64,000 bases of DNA from Flavobacteriales bacterium (GTDB taxonomy: Bacteria > Bacteroidota > Bacteroidia > Flavobacteriales_F > PHOS-HE28), in contig JAEUTC010000043.1 of assembly GCA_016787985.1 (NCBI GenBank), positions 17,145 to 81,144 on the forward strand. Reading direction: 5' to 3'. The notes under the pieces are model-generated. The model had not been told where the DNA came from. It saw only the letters and a list, made by a program, of their open reading frames with translations, and did not search any database. A program made the translations under genes and the position numbers. This document shows, piece by piece, positions 9,281-19,295 of this stretch. Positions within the stretch are counted from its first letter, which is position 1, and each line of letters starts with the position of its first letter.

Positions 9281-12200
9281 TCAGGGGATCACGAAGCGCA
9301 AGGTCTCCGAGCGGCTTTCTCGGCGTAGAATGGCCACATAGACACCGGAAACACCACCGCTGAAATGCCACTGCCCATCGGTTAGTGGACCTGAAGCGAC
9401 AAGCCTGCCATTGTGATCATGCACATGGACCTCCTCCCACCCAGAACCATGCAGCACGACACCATCCCCGGGGATGGGTTGCGCCCACACCTGGGCCGCT
9501 GCGCGGTGCTCGATCGCCACCGGACCATGGTAGGCCACCGTACCATCAAGATCGACCTGCGCCAGCCGGTAATACGAAAGGCCATTCAGCGGTACGGGAT
9601 CAGTGAGGGAATAGTCGATCACCGCCGCGCTGAAACCCGCTGCCGGTAAGCTGCCGATGGTGATGTAGGCGATGCCATCACTCCCGCGTTCTAGTTCGAA
9701 ATGGCTCGTGTTGTGTTCCGTGGCCGTGGTCCAATCCAGGCGCACTGCAGAGACTTCATCCGTGCCGGTGAACGAAAGCAGTTCCACGGGAAGGATACCC
9801 ACGGACTCCCAAACGTAGTCCTCCGTTTCTCCCAGCGGTGCGGCCATGTACGGGAAGGTCACGGCCATGCTATCCACGGAAAGGCGCAGTCGGATGTAGA
9901 ACAGCCCGAAGGGGTTCGCAAAGGGCGGTACGGTGAAATGCATCAGGTGCGAACCCAAGCCGGTGAACGGGGCCTTCACCACCGTGTTGGACGAACTCTC
10001 CAAGGAATCGAGGAAATCACCGTCGGCGTTCCAGTCCACGAAGGCATGGACGAAACTCGCGTTGGCCGTGTTGTTCGTTGCTCGGATCTGTAGATCGAAA
10101 GCCCCGCCTATACCCGGCCATGGCGCCGTGTAGGGATTGGTGAGCAGCGCGTCCTCCTCGTTGCCATCGCCATCGGCCATTACGCTGTTGTGCGCGATGC
10201 TTTCCGCACTGGGGCCTGAAAGACCTAATACAAGACCATTCAGAAGTGTAGAAGCCGCGGCCGGTGGCTGGTAGTTGATATTCATGTCGTACACCACCGG
10301 CGCATCACCATAGTCGTACTGCACGTTGGCGATATCGATCTGGCAACTCACCGTAGCATCGCAGCCGCTGACGCTGAGCGCGGTGAGGCTGATGGCCACG
10401 AAGCCATTGGCCACATCGAGCGGTGTGGGCACATAGGTGAGCGTTGGGCTCGACACGGTTCCGCCACCGGTGATCGACCCGACCGTCGTGCTCGCCCATT
10501 GCACGGTGGCAGCGCCAGTAACGGAGATCCCCCCCAAGGTGATATTCCCACCTGCGTTGATGGCACCCGGGCATGTGAAGTTCGCGATGACCGGGACGGT
10601 AAGTGCAGTAACGCCGTTGGCGTCGCTGGCCGTGTTGCTCAAGCCGCTCGCGTTGATCCCCGTGTGGATATCGGTCACCTGCACGAAAAGGTTCGTAAGG
10701 GTGCTGCCGATGTTGAGGTCCACTTGGAACGTGCTCACCCCTGGTGGTAGCGACAAAATGGGCAACAGTACGGAACCGGAGTGACCGTTGATGGCGTGGG
10801 GTACGAACGGATAAGCCGGATCAAGGAGGTTGGGTGCGGCGAGGTCCAACCCTGCACTCAGGTTGTACGGTTCACCGACGTAAGTGGCACCGAGCCCGAC
10901 CAGGTTCATGTCAAGATCCGCACCGGTGATAGTGGTGCCACTGGTATTGGTGATGGTGATGGTGGCCTGCGCATAGTTGCCATTGCCACAGCTGCCAACG
11001 GTGGGAATATTCACGCTCACGCTTATCCGATCGCCGGTAGCACAAGGGCTGCCAGCAGCAGGGATGACCGCATTGTCGCTGGTATGCACGGCACCGTTGA
11101 AGCCACTGATATCCACGAAGGTGCCCGCGTTGAAGTGCTGGTCGGGCATGATGAGGGGCGCGGGATCGCCCGGGGTGAACACCGAGGCGGCAAGTCCCAT
11201 GCTCAGGTTGTAGGTTCCCGCACCCAACGCGCTGTAATCGTAGATGTACTGGCGCACGAAGCACTCGCCGGGATAGAGGATACGCGGTAGCTCATGCTCG
11301 CCGAACTTGGCCAGGTAGGCATCGTCGTTGTCATTGTTCACCGTTTGGTGTGCACCCGTAGTGGCCAGATCGACCAAGCTGGCGGTGAGCCCTACCACGT
11401 ACACATCCCCTGCTGGATCAACGGCCACGGCATAATTCTCATCATCATCCTCGCCACCGAAATACGTCCCCCAGAGCAAGACACCGTCGTTGCTGAACTT
11501 CATCGCGAACGCATCGCGGTTGGTGCCATCGATGGACTCCTTGAAGGAGCCGAACGTAGAGATGCCCGATACGCTTTTGGTGAAACCAGCTACCGTGACA
11601 CGACCAACGGCGTCCATGGCCACATCGTTCATCACCTCATCATCTTCGCCACTCACGTAGGTGCTCCAAACAGGCGAACCGGTCGCATCGAACTTCGCCA
11701 AGAACCCATCATCGCCGCCATTGCTGAAGGGCTGGTAAGGAGCGTTGATATCGATCACGTCCGTGCTATTCGTAGTACCGTTCAAGAAGATGTTCCCAGA
11801 CGGATCACAGGCCACCGAGGGGAAAGTCTCAACGCCAGTGCCTCCGAAATAGGTAGCCCACTGGCGCACACCCGCGCCATTGAAACGGACGAGGTATACA
11901 TCGTCACTATTGTTGATCGATTGGAACGCGCCGGCCGTTGCGATACCGGTGGTGCTCAACGTCTGCCCCACCAGATGCACGTTACCGGCAGGATCACACG
12001 CCACGTTGGCCAGGTCCTCCGTATCGCTACCGCCGTAGTAGGTCGCCCACTGACGCACACCCGCACTGTTGAACTTCACCAAGAAGTTGTCCCCCAGCCC
12101 ACCGTTCGCCACTTGATGGGCGCCCACCGTGGCGATGCCCGCCCCACTTTCCGTGGTTCCCACGAGGTACACGTTACCCACGGCATCCGTCGTCACCGAA

Positions 12201-13954
12201 TAACCGATGTCAGCACCGGTTCCGCCGTAGTAGGTGCCCCATTGCCGCACTCCGGCGCTGTTGAATTTCACCAGGAAGGCATCATCGCTGCCCCCCAACG
12301 CGGCTTGGTGTGAACCCACTGTGGAAATGCCGGTCGCGCTCGAAGTGTAGCCCGCGAGGTACACGTTGCCGGCCGCGTCGGTAGCCACCGAAAGCCCGAA
12401 GTCGTTACCGGTTCCGCCGTAGTAGGTGGCCCATTGACGAACACCAGCGTTGTTGAACTTTGCCAAGAAGGCATTGCGTCCACCCGGCGCAGCAACGAGA
12501 TGCGAACCCGCTGTGGAGATCGAGCCAGTGCTGCGCGTAAGACCAGCCAGGTACACATTCCCGGCGGCGTCCGTGGCCACGGCCTGGCCCTCATCCAATA
12601 AGGTACCACCATAGTAGGTAGCCCAGTCAAGATCGGCGGCATAGGTTCCGATCTCGTTCAAATTCGTCACTGGCACTGCGCCTGGCACGGCTATGGGTAA
12701 CGTGGGAACGATGTAGGCAGCCGCATCGCCGGTGTTGCAGATGCTCACATCGTACGGCACAAGGTCATCACAGCCCACGCCCAGGTTGACGATGGTGGCG
12801 GACAAAAGCGCTTGCGGCGGACAGGTCACCGGATCGTTCACACGGTCCCTGCGCGGGCTCACATTGTTGAAGGTGGCCCACTCGTCCGGAGTGAAAGTCT
12901 CGTTTGGTGGCAAGTAGCCTATCGGTGGTGCGTGCCCAGCTATGGCACCGTTGAAGTTGACGATCGCGTATAGTGCAGTTGTGGAAGCCAGCACGCTGCC
13001 CGATAGGTTTCCGCTGATGCTGGCACCTGCCGGTAGTGATACCGTGCCGAGGTGCTGGGTGGTGAGGAAGGCGCTGGTGCTCAACGCGGGATCACCGTTG
13101 TAGAACGAGATCATCAACGGGCCATTGAAGTCCGTAGTCGCGTTGTTCGTCACCGTGTAGCTCGCTTGAAAAGCCGGCGTTCCGGAGATGCAACCCGATG
13201 CGGTGAAGCTGTCGAAGACGATGCTGAGGTCATAGCTCGGGTCAACTCCCACGCTGCATCCCGCGTTGATCATGGCCTGCACCAGCTGCACGTTGGCCTG
13301 CACCAGCTGCGCGTAGGTGGGCGCGCTGAAGTACGCTCCAGGGCTGGCCACTTGACCACCCATGAGCGAGGTGCAGTACGAAGCCGCTTCGATGGCCACC
13401 ACCACGATGGTGACGCCCGCGTTCTTGATCTGCGTCGCCAGCGTGGTCAATCCAGCAGGAACCTGGGAACAATCAGCATCGGTCATCAATACGATGATGG
13501 GCTTGGCGGTGCGCCCAGCGATAGGCGCCTGGCCTATCTGCTGAAAAGCCCTTGTGAGCGCTGTGACCGGATCGGTACCGCCGAGCAGGGCGCGCTGTGC
13601 GTTCTGGTAGGCCAGCACATCGCTCATCTCCGTAGTGTAGCTCGCACCCACAGAGGGGAAGCTGAACTGCTGCCACACGTTGGGGCTATCCCAATCGGCG
13701 ATGGCCATGCGGCTTTCTCCGGCGCCCGTGCCCCAAGGCTGCATGCCCATGAACAAAGCGCTGATGAACTGCCGGCTCTGGGTGTTCTCAAGAGCGCTCA
13801 CCGAGCCGCTCTGGTCGTTGGCCACGAACACATCAAGCGCACAAAGCTGCGCATGGGCCATATTCGTTCGGAGGAGGACAAGGGCGAACAGTACAGCGGC
13901 GGATCTCCACCGCAAGGATCCGTTGGTCGTGGTGGTGGATCCGATCAGTGGCAT
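9281..13954 (-). CDS. giant (1557 aa) secreted adhesin-like protein: N-terminal vWA domain, ~9 SBBP repeats, beta-sandwich domains, T9SS C-terminal sorting domain
   Basis: Signal peptide. vWA with MIDAS DQSGS and IIVLMTDADCS. Repeated ...AAGNVYLAG.T.S..GI.T.G..Q......D.FL.KFN.AGVRQW.TYYGG... (SBBP). C-terminal ...GVYVAILRRESRSETLRFVIP is a T9SS CTD. Confidence 0.8.
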   Translation of the reverse strand: MPLIGSTTTTNGSLRWRSAAVLFALVLLRTNMAHAQLCALDVFVANDQSGSVSALENTQSRQFISALFMGMQPWGTGAGESRMAIADWDSPNVWQQFSFPSVGASYTTEMSDVLAYQNAQRALLGGTDPVTALTRAFQQIGQAPIAGRTAKPIIVLMTDADCSQVPAGLTTLATQIKNAGVTIVVVAIEAASYCTSLMGGQVASPGAYFSAPTYAQLVQANVQLVQAMINAGCSVGVDPSYDLSIVFDSFTASGCISGTPAFQASYTVTNNATTDFNGPLMISFYNGDPALSTSAFLTTQHLGTVSLPAGASISGNLSGSVLASTTALYAIVNFNGAIAGHAPPIGYLPPNETFTPDEWATFNNVSPRRDRVNDPVTCPPQALLSATIVNLGVGCDDLVPYDVSICNTGDAAAYIVPTLPIAVPGAVPVTNLNEIGTYAADLDWATYYGGTLLDEGQAVATDAAGNVYLAGLTRSTGSISTAGSHLVAAPGGRNAFLAKFNNAGVRQWATYYGGTGNDFGLSVATDAAGNVYLAGYTSSATGISTVGSHQAALGGSDDAFLVKFNSAGVRQWGTYYGGTGADIGYSVTTDAVGNVYLVGTTESGAGIATVGAHQVANGGLGDNFLVKFNSAGVRQWATYYGGSDTEDLANVACDPAGNVHLVGQTLSTTGIATAGAFQSINNSDDVYLVRFNGAGVRQWATYFGGTGVETFPSVACDPSGNIFLNGTTNSTDVIDINAPYQPFSNGGDDGFLAKFDATGSPVWSTYVSGEDDEVMNDVAMDAVGRVTVAGFTKSVSGISTFGSFKESIDGTNRDAFAMKFSNDGVLLWGTYFGGEDDDENYAVAVDPAGDVYVVGLTASLVDLATTGAHQTVNNDNDDAYLAKFGEHELPRILYPGECFVRQYIYDYSALGAGTYNLSMGLAASVFTPGDPAPLIMPDQHFNAGTFVDISGFNGAVHTSDNAVIPAAGSPCATGDRISVSVNIPTVGSCGNGNYAQATITITNTSGTTITGADLDMNLVGLGATYVGEPYNLSAGLDLAAPNLLDPAYPFVPHAINGHSGSVLLPILSLPPGVSTFQVDLNIGSTLTNLFVQVTDIHTGINASGLSNTASDANGVTALTVPVIANFTCPGAINAGGNITLGGISVTGAATVQWASTTVGSITGGGTVSSPTLTYVPTPLDVANGFVAISLTALSVSGCDATVSCQIDIANVQYDYGDAPVVYDMNINYQPPAAASTLLNGLVLGLSGPSAESIAHNSVMADGDGNEEDALLTNPYTAPWPGIGGAFDLQIRATNNTANASFVHAFVDWNADGDFLDSLESSSNTVVKAPFTGLGSHLMHFTVPPFANPFGLFYIRLRLSVDSMAVTFPYMAAPLGETEDYVWESVGILPVELLSFTGTDEVSAVRLDWTTATEHNTSHFELERGSDGIAYITIGSLPAAGFSAAVIDYSLTDPVPLNGLSYYRLAQVDLDGTVAYHGPVAIEHRAAAQVWAQPIPGDGVVLHGSGWEEVHVHDHNGRLVASGPLTDGQWHFSGGVSGVYVAILRRESRSETLRFVIP

Positions 13955-14110
13955 GGTGTGGTGGCTTGCGGACCGAAACTATTTCCATGGAATGGACCAT
14001 CATGGGACGAAGCGGACGAAGCGGCAATTGGAGATGCCGAACCGGGCGATCGAAGTATCCGGACCTCACCGGGAAAAGAGCACCCGGCACCCAAGCCCTA
14101 CCTTTCGGAC

Positions 14111-14944
14111 ATGATCCGACCCGGTCGTACCCAGTTGCTCCGCATCCTCCGTCGTAACCGCGAAGGCTTGGTGCTGGGCGATGACGATGCCCTGGAGGTG
14201 GTGCTCCCCTTGAGCGAAGCTCCGCGCGATGGCAGCGAAGACGGGCACCTCAGGGTGTTCGTGGCCCCGAACGCGGATGGCCGATTGACCGCCACCACCC
14301 GTACACCGAAGATCGAGGCTGGCACCTTCGCCAAGTTGCGTGTTCTGGCCATCCGTGGCGCTGGAGCCCACGTGGACTGGGGCATGGATACTCCCCTGCT
14401 CATCCCGCACGACGACCAGAAGAAGCCCATGGAAGATGGGCGGTGGTACGTCATGGGTGCCTACTATGACAAGGAGGCCAAGCGCCTGCACGGTAGCACC
14501 CGCATCGAAGAGTTGCTCGACAACACCGAACTCACCGTAAAGGAGAAGGAAAAGGTGGACCTGCTCGTCTTCGGCAAAAGTGACCTGGGCCTCTCGGTGA
14601 TCGTGAATAACAAGCACCAAGGCCTCGTGCACGCCAACGAGGTGTTCAAGCCCGTCACCGTAGGCGATCGACTCATCGGTTATGTAAAGACCGTTCGACC
14701 GGACAACAAGTTGGACATCGTACTGCAACCCATAGGCTACCGGCAATACATCGATGCCCACACCACCCTGCTGGCGAAGCGGCTCGAGGCCAAGGGTTAC
14801 CTCGCCCTCACCGACAAGAGCTCCGCAGAAGAGATCTACGAAGAGTTCGGCATCAGCAAGAAGGCCTTCAAGAAGGCATTGGGCGCGCTCTACAAGGAGC
14901 GTCTCGTGCGCATCGGCGAGGACGGGGTGGTCTGGATCGGATGA
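14111..14944 (+). CDS. cvfB: S1-like RNA-binding domain protein CvfB/YitL family
   Basis: ...GDRLIGYVKTVRPDNKLDIVLQPIGY... and a C-terminal winged-helix-like ...EEFGISKKAFKKALGALYKERLV... are typical of CvfB. Start set at MIRPGRTQLL (ATG 14111). Upstream part of the 13052 ORF is antisense to the giant gene. Confidence 0.8.
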   Translation: MIRPGRTQLLRILRRNREGLVLGDDDALEVVLPLSEAPRDGSEDGHLRVFVAPNADGRLTATTRTPKIEAGTFAKLRVLAIRGAGAHVDWGMDTPLLIPHDDQKKPMEDGRWYVMGAYYDKEAKRLHGSTRIEELLDNTELTVKEKEKVDLLVFGKSDLGLSVIVNNKHQGLVHANEVFKPVTVGDRLIGYVKTVRPDNKLDIVLQPIGYRQYIDAHTTLLAKRLEAKGYLALTDKSSAEEIYEEFGISKKAFKKALGALYKERLVRIGEDGVVWIG

Positions 14945-15223
14945 CGCATTCATTCTAGGGAATGACCGCTGTTCTCCGATCGAACGAGAACGGAACCAAG
15001 CCCTTACTCATCCGGCGGGTATTCATCCTGATGGCTCCTATCCATAGCCATGCTGCACCAAATTCCAGATGGAGGATACCAAGGTCACACCCGCGTGCCT
15101 TTGAACGGTTGATGCACATCACGGAAGACGACCCGGCGAATTGCTGGTTCAAGCCACCGAGGGATCCTGATAGGACCACCACCCGACATGGAGGTGCTCA
15201 TCACCGCCCAGCGGGCCGAATGA

Positions 15224-15610
15224 TCAACCCATGACCTCCTTGATCCAAGCACGCGCTTCATCGCCATTGCGGAAGATGCGCGTGGGAAAGGTCTGTGGGT
15301 GGTAGGTGTAGTAGATGCTCGACATCGAGGCCCCAAGGTCATCCTGGGTAACGATGGCCAGGGCCGTGATCTGTTCGTTCGCGTTGGTAAGACCGAAATA
15401 ATCCACCTTCATCACGGCAAGGTCTGAAAGCGTCCCGGCTTGAAAGAACCCGATCATGGCACAGCGCGCCGTGGTCAACTCCCTGCGTCGCAGCTGCACC
15501 TCCATCAATCCTTCCACATTCAGATCCAGACCCGCGCGGTAATGCACCTCGATGGTGGTGCCATCTTCAGACAGGACCATATCCGCCAGCTGCGTAGTGA
15601 TGCGTTCCAT
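15224..15610 (-). CDS. SpoIIAA-like/STAS-fold protein (DUF3478-like)
   Basis: ~128 aa, pattern consistent with the SpoIIAA-like family. Weak assignment. Confidence 0.5.
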   Translation of the reverse strand: MERITTQLADMVLSEDGTTIEVHYRAGLDLNVEGLMEVQLRRRELTTARCAMIGFFQAGTLSDLAVMKVDYFGLTNANEQITALAIVTQDDLGASMSSIYYTYHPQTFPTRIFRNGDEARAWIKEVMG

Positions 15611-15672
15611 CGGTGAAGGGTGAAGTTACAGCGCCTTTTCCACAGAACGACCCGAGACCTACCTTTCCTGCC

Positions 15673-16020
15673 ATGGAAGCAACACTGGTGCGGGCAATGG
15701 CCCTGGACATGCCCGGCACGGCAGAGAAGGACCACTTCGGAAAGCCGGCCTTCAGTGTGAAGAAGAAGATCTATTGCACCTGGTGGGTGATGGAAGAGCG
15801 GGCTGTATTGAAGCTCACGCGTGAGCAACAGGCCACCTTGAGCGAAGAACAGCCGGACGCATACCGCCCGCTACCCAACAAATGGGGACTCCATGGCTGG
15901 ACCAACGTGGACTTGGGCACCGTGGGCGAACGCTCCTTCCGCTATGCGTTGGACCTGGCTTGGCGAAACGTTGCACCCAAGTGGTTGATCCCCACGAGGC
16001 TCGCGCCCCCAAAGGGATAA
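15673..16020 (+). CDS. MmcQ/YjbR family DNA-binding protein
   Basis: ...LDMPGTAEKDHFGKPAFSVKKKIYCTW... is the YjbR signature. Start at internal ATG 15673. Confidence 0.7.
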   Translation: MEATLVRAMALDMPGTAEKDHFGKPAFSVKKKIYCTWWVMEERAVLKLTREQQATLSEEQPDAYRPLPNKWGLHGWTNVDLGTVGERSFRYALDLAWRNVAPKWLIPTRLAPPKG

Positions 16021-16080
16021 AGAAGCCTACCGAGGCCACATCGTGCGTTGGTCCCTTGGTATCCCGAGCGATGTGAACGA

Positions 16081-16827
16081 TCAGTGGAAGAACTGCATCA
16101 CCTTGCTCCAGAGCTTCCGGGTCACCAGCAACGGCGGGGCTTGTAGGCCGTTCAATCCCCAAGAGGCGCGCACTTCACGGTTGGCCTTCAGGATGTGTTT
16201 CACGCTACCGTTGCTCATGCCACCCAACCGGAAACGCACCAGCACCTCGCGCAAGTGGACCGTGCGGATCTCGTGTTTGTAGAGCATACGCAGGAGGATC
16301 TCGTAGTCCGCAGCGATACGCAGGTCGGTGTTGAAATGCCCGAAGCGGTCGTATGCGCTTTTCCGGATGAAAGTGCCCACATGCGGTGGCATCCAACCAC
16401 GGCGGAAGTTGTCGCGGTGGTAGGTCCCACTGAGCCACGTCCGGTGCACTTTGTGGATGTCATGCTCGTCCACCATGATGATGTCCCCGTAAACGGCATC
16501 GGCATGGCTCCGCTGGAACGCATCCACCACCTGGGCGATCACCTGGGGGGTCATCAGCAGGTCACCGGCGTTCACGAAACCGATCACCTCGCCGGTGGCC
16601 GCGCGCAGCCCCTTGTTCATGGCATCGTAGATCCCCTTGTCCGGCTCGCTCACATAGTGCGCCAGCCGGTCTCGGTGGCGCTCCACCACCTGTTGGGTGC
16701 CGTCGGTGCTGGCCCCGTCGATCACGATCACCTCGATGTCGGTGTGCGTTTGCGCGAACACGCTTTCCAACGAAGCGCCGATAACAGCGGCCGCGTTACG
16801 ACATACGGTGATGAGGGTGACTTTCAT
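16081..16827 (-). CDS. glycosyltransferase family 2 (WcaE-like)
   Basis: MKVTLITVCRNAA...VIVIDGASTDGT...DKGIYDAMNKG... is the GT2 DxD architecture. Confidence 0.85.
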   Translation of the reverse strand: MKVTLITVCRNAAAVIGASLESVFAQTHTDIEVIVIDGASTDGTQQVVERHRDRLAHYVSEPDKGIYDAMNKGLRAATGEVIGFVNAGDLLMTPQVIAQVVDAFQRSHADAVYGDIIMVDEHDIHKVHRTWLSGTYHRDNFRRGWMPPHVGTFIRKSAYDRFGHFNTDLRIAADYEILLRMLYKHEIRTVHLREVLVRFRLGGMSNGSVKHILKANREVRASWGLNGLQAPPLLVTRKLWSKVMQFFH

Positions 16828-16944
16828 GGATGCTTATCCAGCTCCTACCGTGCGAAGATGAGAAGTCTGCCGAGAAGCCTGAATGCGAACCTCCCACCCC
16901 AACCCGCGAACCAAGACCAACCTGGTGCTGTTCTGGACTACGCC

Positions 16945-17571
16945 ATGGAAAAGCTTCGGATCCTCCAATGTATTCTCTTGCTAGCGGTAACTTCCTCCTC
17001 GGCTCAAGACGTTGAGCATCCATTCCGTATGGGCAGCAACGTCGAGATCTCCGCCGCGCAGCTCCTGATCGCGGGAAGTAACCAATACGCGGACAACATC
17101 CTCGACCGCCAACGCGGCGACGCCACCTTTATCGGTGCCAGCTACCTGCTCGGCGACACCACCGACCAGGGCCGTGGCATCGGGCGTTTCGCCGTAGGGA
17201 TCGGCGCAGGAGCACTGCTATGGGAAGGTATCACCCTGATGCCTGTATTTGGTCAGGTCAACTGGCACCCCTTCGTCCGCCGAGCCCCATGGGCCAGCGT
17301 GCACCTCAGCCGCTTGGGCATCGCCATGCGCTTCGGCGGCATCCTCGGCGCGTGGAAACCCACCACCCGTGGCCAACTCGCCGGGCACACGTACACCGAC
17401 CTGGCCTTCAAGTACCCCGCCCACCTCGGTCGCTTCAACCTGAGCCTCGATGCAGGCCTCGGAATGATCCTTCTACGCGGTCCCTACACCATCGCTGAAG
17501 AAGGCTTGGTGGAGGACAGACGCTTCGCCGAGTTCATCTACCCACGGTTGGGTCTGAGCGTGGGTTTCTGA
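16945..17571 (+). CDS. putative outer-membrane beta-barrel protein
   Basis: Signal peptide MEKLRILQCILLLAVTSSSAQ, alternating amphipathic strands, C-terminal ...LGLSVGF with terminal Phe. The 5' part of the track ORF is antisense to GT2 and was discarded. Confidence 0.5.
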   Translation: MEKLRILQCILLLAVTSSSAQDVEHPFRMGSNVEISAAQLLIAGSNQYADNILDRQRGDATFIGASYLLGDTTDQGRGIGRFAVGIGAGALLWEGITLMPVFGQVNWHPFVRRAPWASVHLSRLGIAMRFGGILGAWKPTTRGQLAGHTYTDLAFKYPAHLGRFNLSLDAGLGMILLRGPYTIAEEGLVEDRRFAEFIYPRLGLSVGF

Positions 17572-17593
17572 GTCGATCACGTTGACCACCCGG

Positions 17594-17932
17594 TCAACGC
17601 GCACTGCGGGCCCTGGCGTTGTAGGACAGGCAAATGCGCATGTAATACTGAAAGTCGTGATCGCGCTGGAGACCTTCAGCGTGGATGTAGCAATAGCCCT
17701 TGTAGGTCTTGCCCTTCATCAGCATGGTGGCGTAGCCCGCGCGCTCAGCCAGCACTTCCTGCAAATCCGGGTCGAAGCGCAGCATCAGGCTATCACCGCG
17801 AACGCATACACAGGTCTTCCCATTGACCATGAAATTGAGCACCCCGAACATCACCTTTTCTTCTACGGAGATGCCAAGGGTGGCGGCCAGGTGCTCACGC
17901 ACCCGGTCCGCCAGCGCTACATCGTACGGCAT
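17594..17932 (-). CDS. TfoX/Sxy N-terminal domain protein
   Basis: MPYDVALADRVREHL...GVLNFMVNGKTCVCVRGDSLMLR... matches the TfoX_N domain. Start at internal ATG (rc at 17930-17932). The upstream part of the track ORF looks non-coding. Confidence 0.7.
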   Translation of the reverse strand: MPYDVALADRVREHLAATLGISVEEKVMFGVLNFMVNGKTCVCVRGDSLMLRFDPDLQEVLAERAGYATMLMKGKTYKGYCYIHAEGLQRDHDFQYYMRICLSYNARARSAR

Positions 17933-17936
17933 CGTT

Positions 17937-18311
17937 TCACCGGCGGGAATGGAGTCCCACGGTGTTCCCTTCCGTATCCTTGAAGATGGAGACGAAGCCG
18001 AACTCGCCGATGGCCATCTTCGGCCGCAGCACTTCGCCTCCTGCACGTACGATGCGCGCCTCCTCGGCCTCACAATCCGCTGTTTCGAAATACACCACCG
18101 TGGCGTTGGATCCGTGTCGCAGTTCAGATGTCTCCACCAAAGCCCCCGAGATGTTCCCACTAGTGGGGTCGAAGGGGAACAAGGCCTGCCTGCCCCATTG
18201 TGCGGGCATGTCCGTGAGTTCGATCTGGAATACGGTTGCATAGAACGCTTTGGCGCGCTCCAGGTCGGCGACGGGGATGTCGAACCAACCTACAGGGTTC
18301 TGGTTTTTCAT
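17937..18311 (-). CDS. VOC family protein (glyoxalase-like)
   Basis: MKNQNPVGWFDIPVADLERAKAFYATVF...VVYF...KDTEGNTVGLH, a VOC fold. 4-nt gap to the downstream TfoX gene. Confidence 0.7.
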   Translation of the reverse strand: MKNQNPVGWFDIPVADLERAKAFYATVFQIELTDMPAQWGRQALFPFDPTSGNISGALVETSELRHGSNATVVYFETADCEAEEARIVRAGGEVLRPKMAIGEFGFVSIFKDTEGNTVGLHSRR

Positions 18312-18440
18312 GTGATGGATCTTCGGTATCGCACCTTGGGTGCCGGGTGCAAAAGTGGATCCACACGGATCGGCGGAATTGTAAAAATGGGACAGTGATC
18401 GGCTGTGATCGATGCGCCTGTTCACGCGCACGGATCAGGC

Positions 18441-19295
18441 TCAAGGCCGATGCACCACGGTGTGCTGGGACATGCGGGCATACTCCATTCCATCGAAGAT
18501 CAACGACATCCGCAAGGCATCGCCGCGAGAGCCCCCCGGGGTCAGGCCCGTGAACGCCTTGAAATCCTTGATGAAGTGTGCCTGGTCGAAAAAGGAGCTC
18601 TCGTAAGCGAGGCCCGTCAGGTCGTTCACCTCATCGAAGAGCATGCGGCGCAGGGCGGACTGGATGCGTACGGTACGCGAATACTGTTTCGGCGATAGGC
18701 CGATGAGCGTGGAGAACTTACGGGCCAGGTGGCGGCGATGCACATGGCTGCGCCGTGACAGTTCATCCACGGTGAGGCTCCCGTTCGTCGTGCGGATGTC
18801 CAAGAGAGTGCGCGCGATCACCGCATCAGCCTGTGGCCGCGTGGCCAAGCGATGGAACAAGAAGCCCTCCACCAGGTCGATCCGTTCTGCGGTGGTGCAC
18901 GCATCCAGGACCCGGCGCCCGATCACATCCCCCTCGAAACCGAACAACCCCTGCAGGGGCACCGCCGTGTTCTCGAACGCCTTCAACGGACCGCCCCAGA
19001 ACGGCTGGAAACCGCCGGGGTGGAAGCGCACCACGAACGACCCCGTGCGCCCCAGCGGACGCACCACGAACGGCTTCGTCAATTGACCGATCAGGAAGCA
19101 GCGCGGCAGATCCACCCACACGCCGGGCCGGGGCTGGTGCAGGTAGGGATCGCCGTAGTGGAAGATCAGCTTCATGGTGCCATCGGGCACGATGGTGTTC
19201 ATCACCGGCGTGTCGTGCGGTTCGCCCACGAGGTTCCAATGGCACATCACGTGCGCATCCAACCCGCGGGAAACTGGGAAGATCTCTGAACGCAT
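18441..19295 (-). CDS. AraC family transcriptional regulator
   Basis: C-terminal dual HTH: ...LTVDELSRRSHVHRRHLARKFSTLIGLSPKQYSRTVRIQSALRRM... Confidence 0.8.
   Translation of the reverse strand: MRSEIFPVSRGLDAHVMCHWNLVGEPHDTPVMNTIVPDGTMKLIFHYGDPYLHQPRPGVWVDLPRCFLIGQLTKPFVVRPLGRTGSFVVRFHPGGFQPFWGGPLKAFENTAVPLQGLFGFEGDVIGRRVLDACTTAERIDLVEGFLFHRLATRPQADAVIARTLLDIRTTNGSLTVDELSRRSHVHRRHLARKFSTLIGLSPKQYSRTVRIQSALRRMLFDEVNDLTGLAYESSFFDQAHFIKDFKAFTGLTPGGSRGDALRMSLIFDGMEYARMSQHTVVHRP

Noticed and set aside
11294-12313. 339-aa plus-strand ORF and other 100-170-aa ORFs inside 9281-13954
   Set aside because: Antisense to the giant SBBP gene, which has clear repeat-domain structure. Compositional artefacts.
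13052-14110. 5' two-thirds of the 630-aa plus-strand ORF
   Set aside because: Antisense to the start of the giant gene. Only the C-terminal 277 aa (from ATG 14111) match CvfB.
16195-16944. 5' part of the 458-aa plus-strand ORF
   Set aside because: Antisense to the GT2 gene. The real gene starts at the signal-peptide-bearing ATG 16945.
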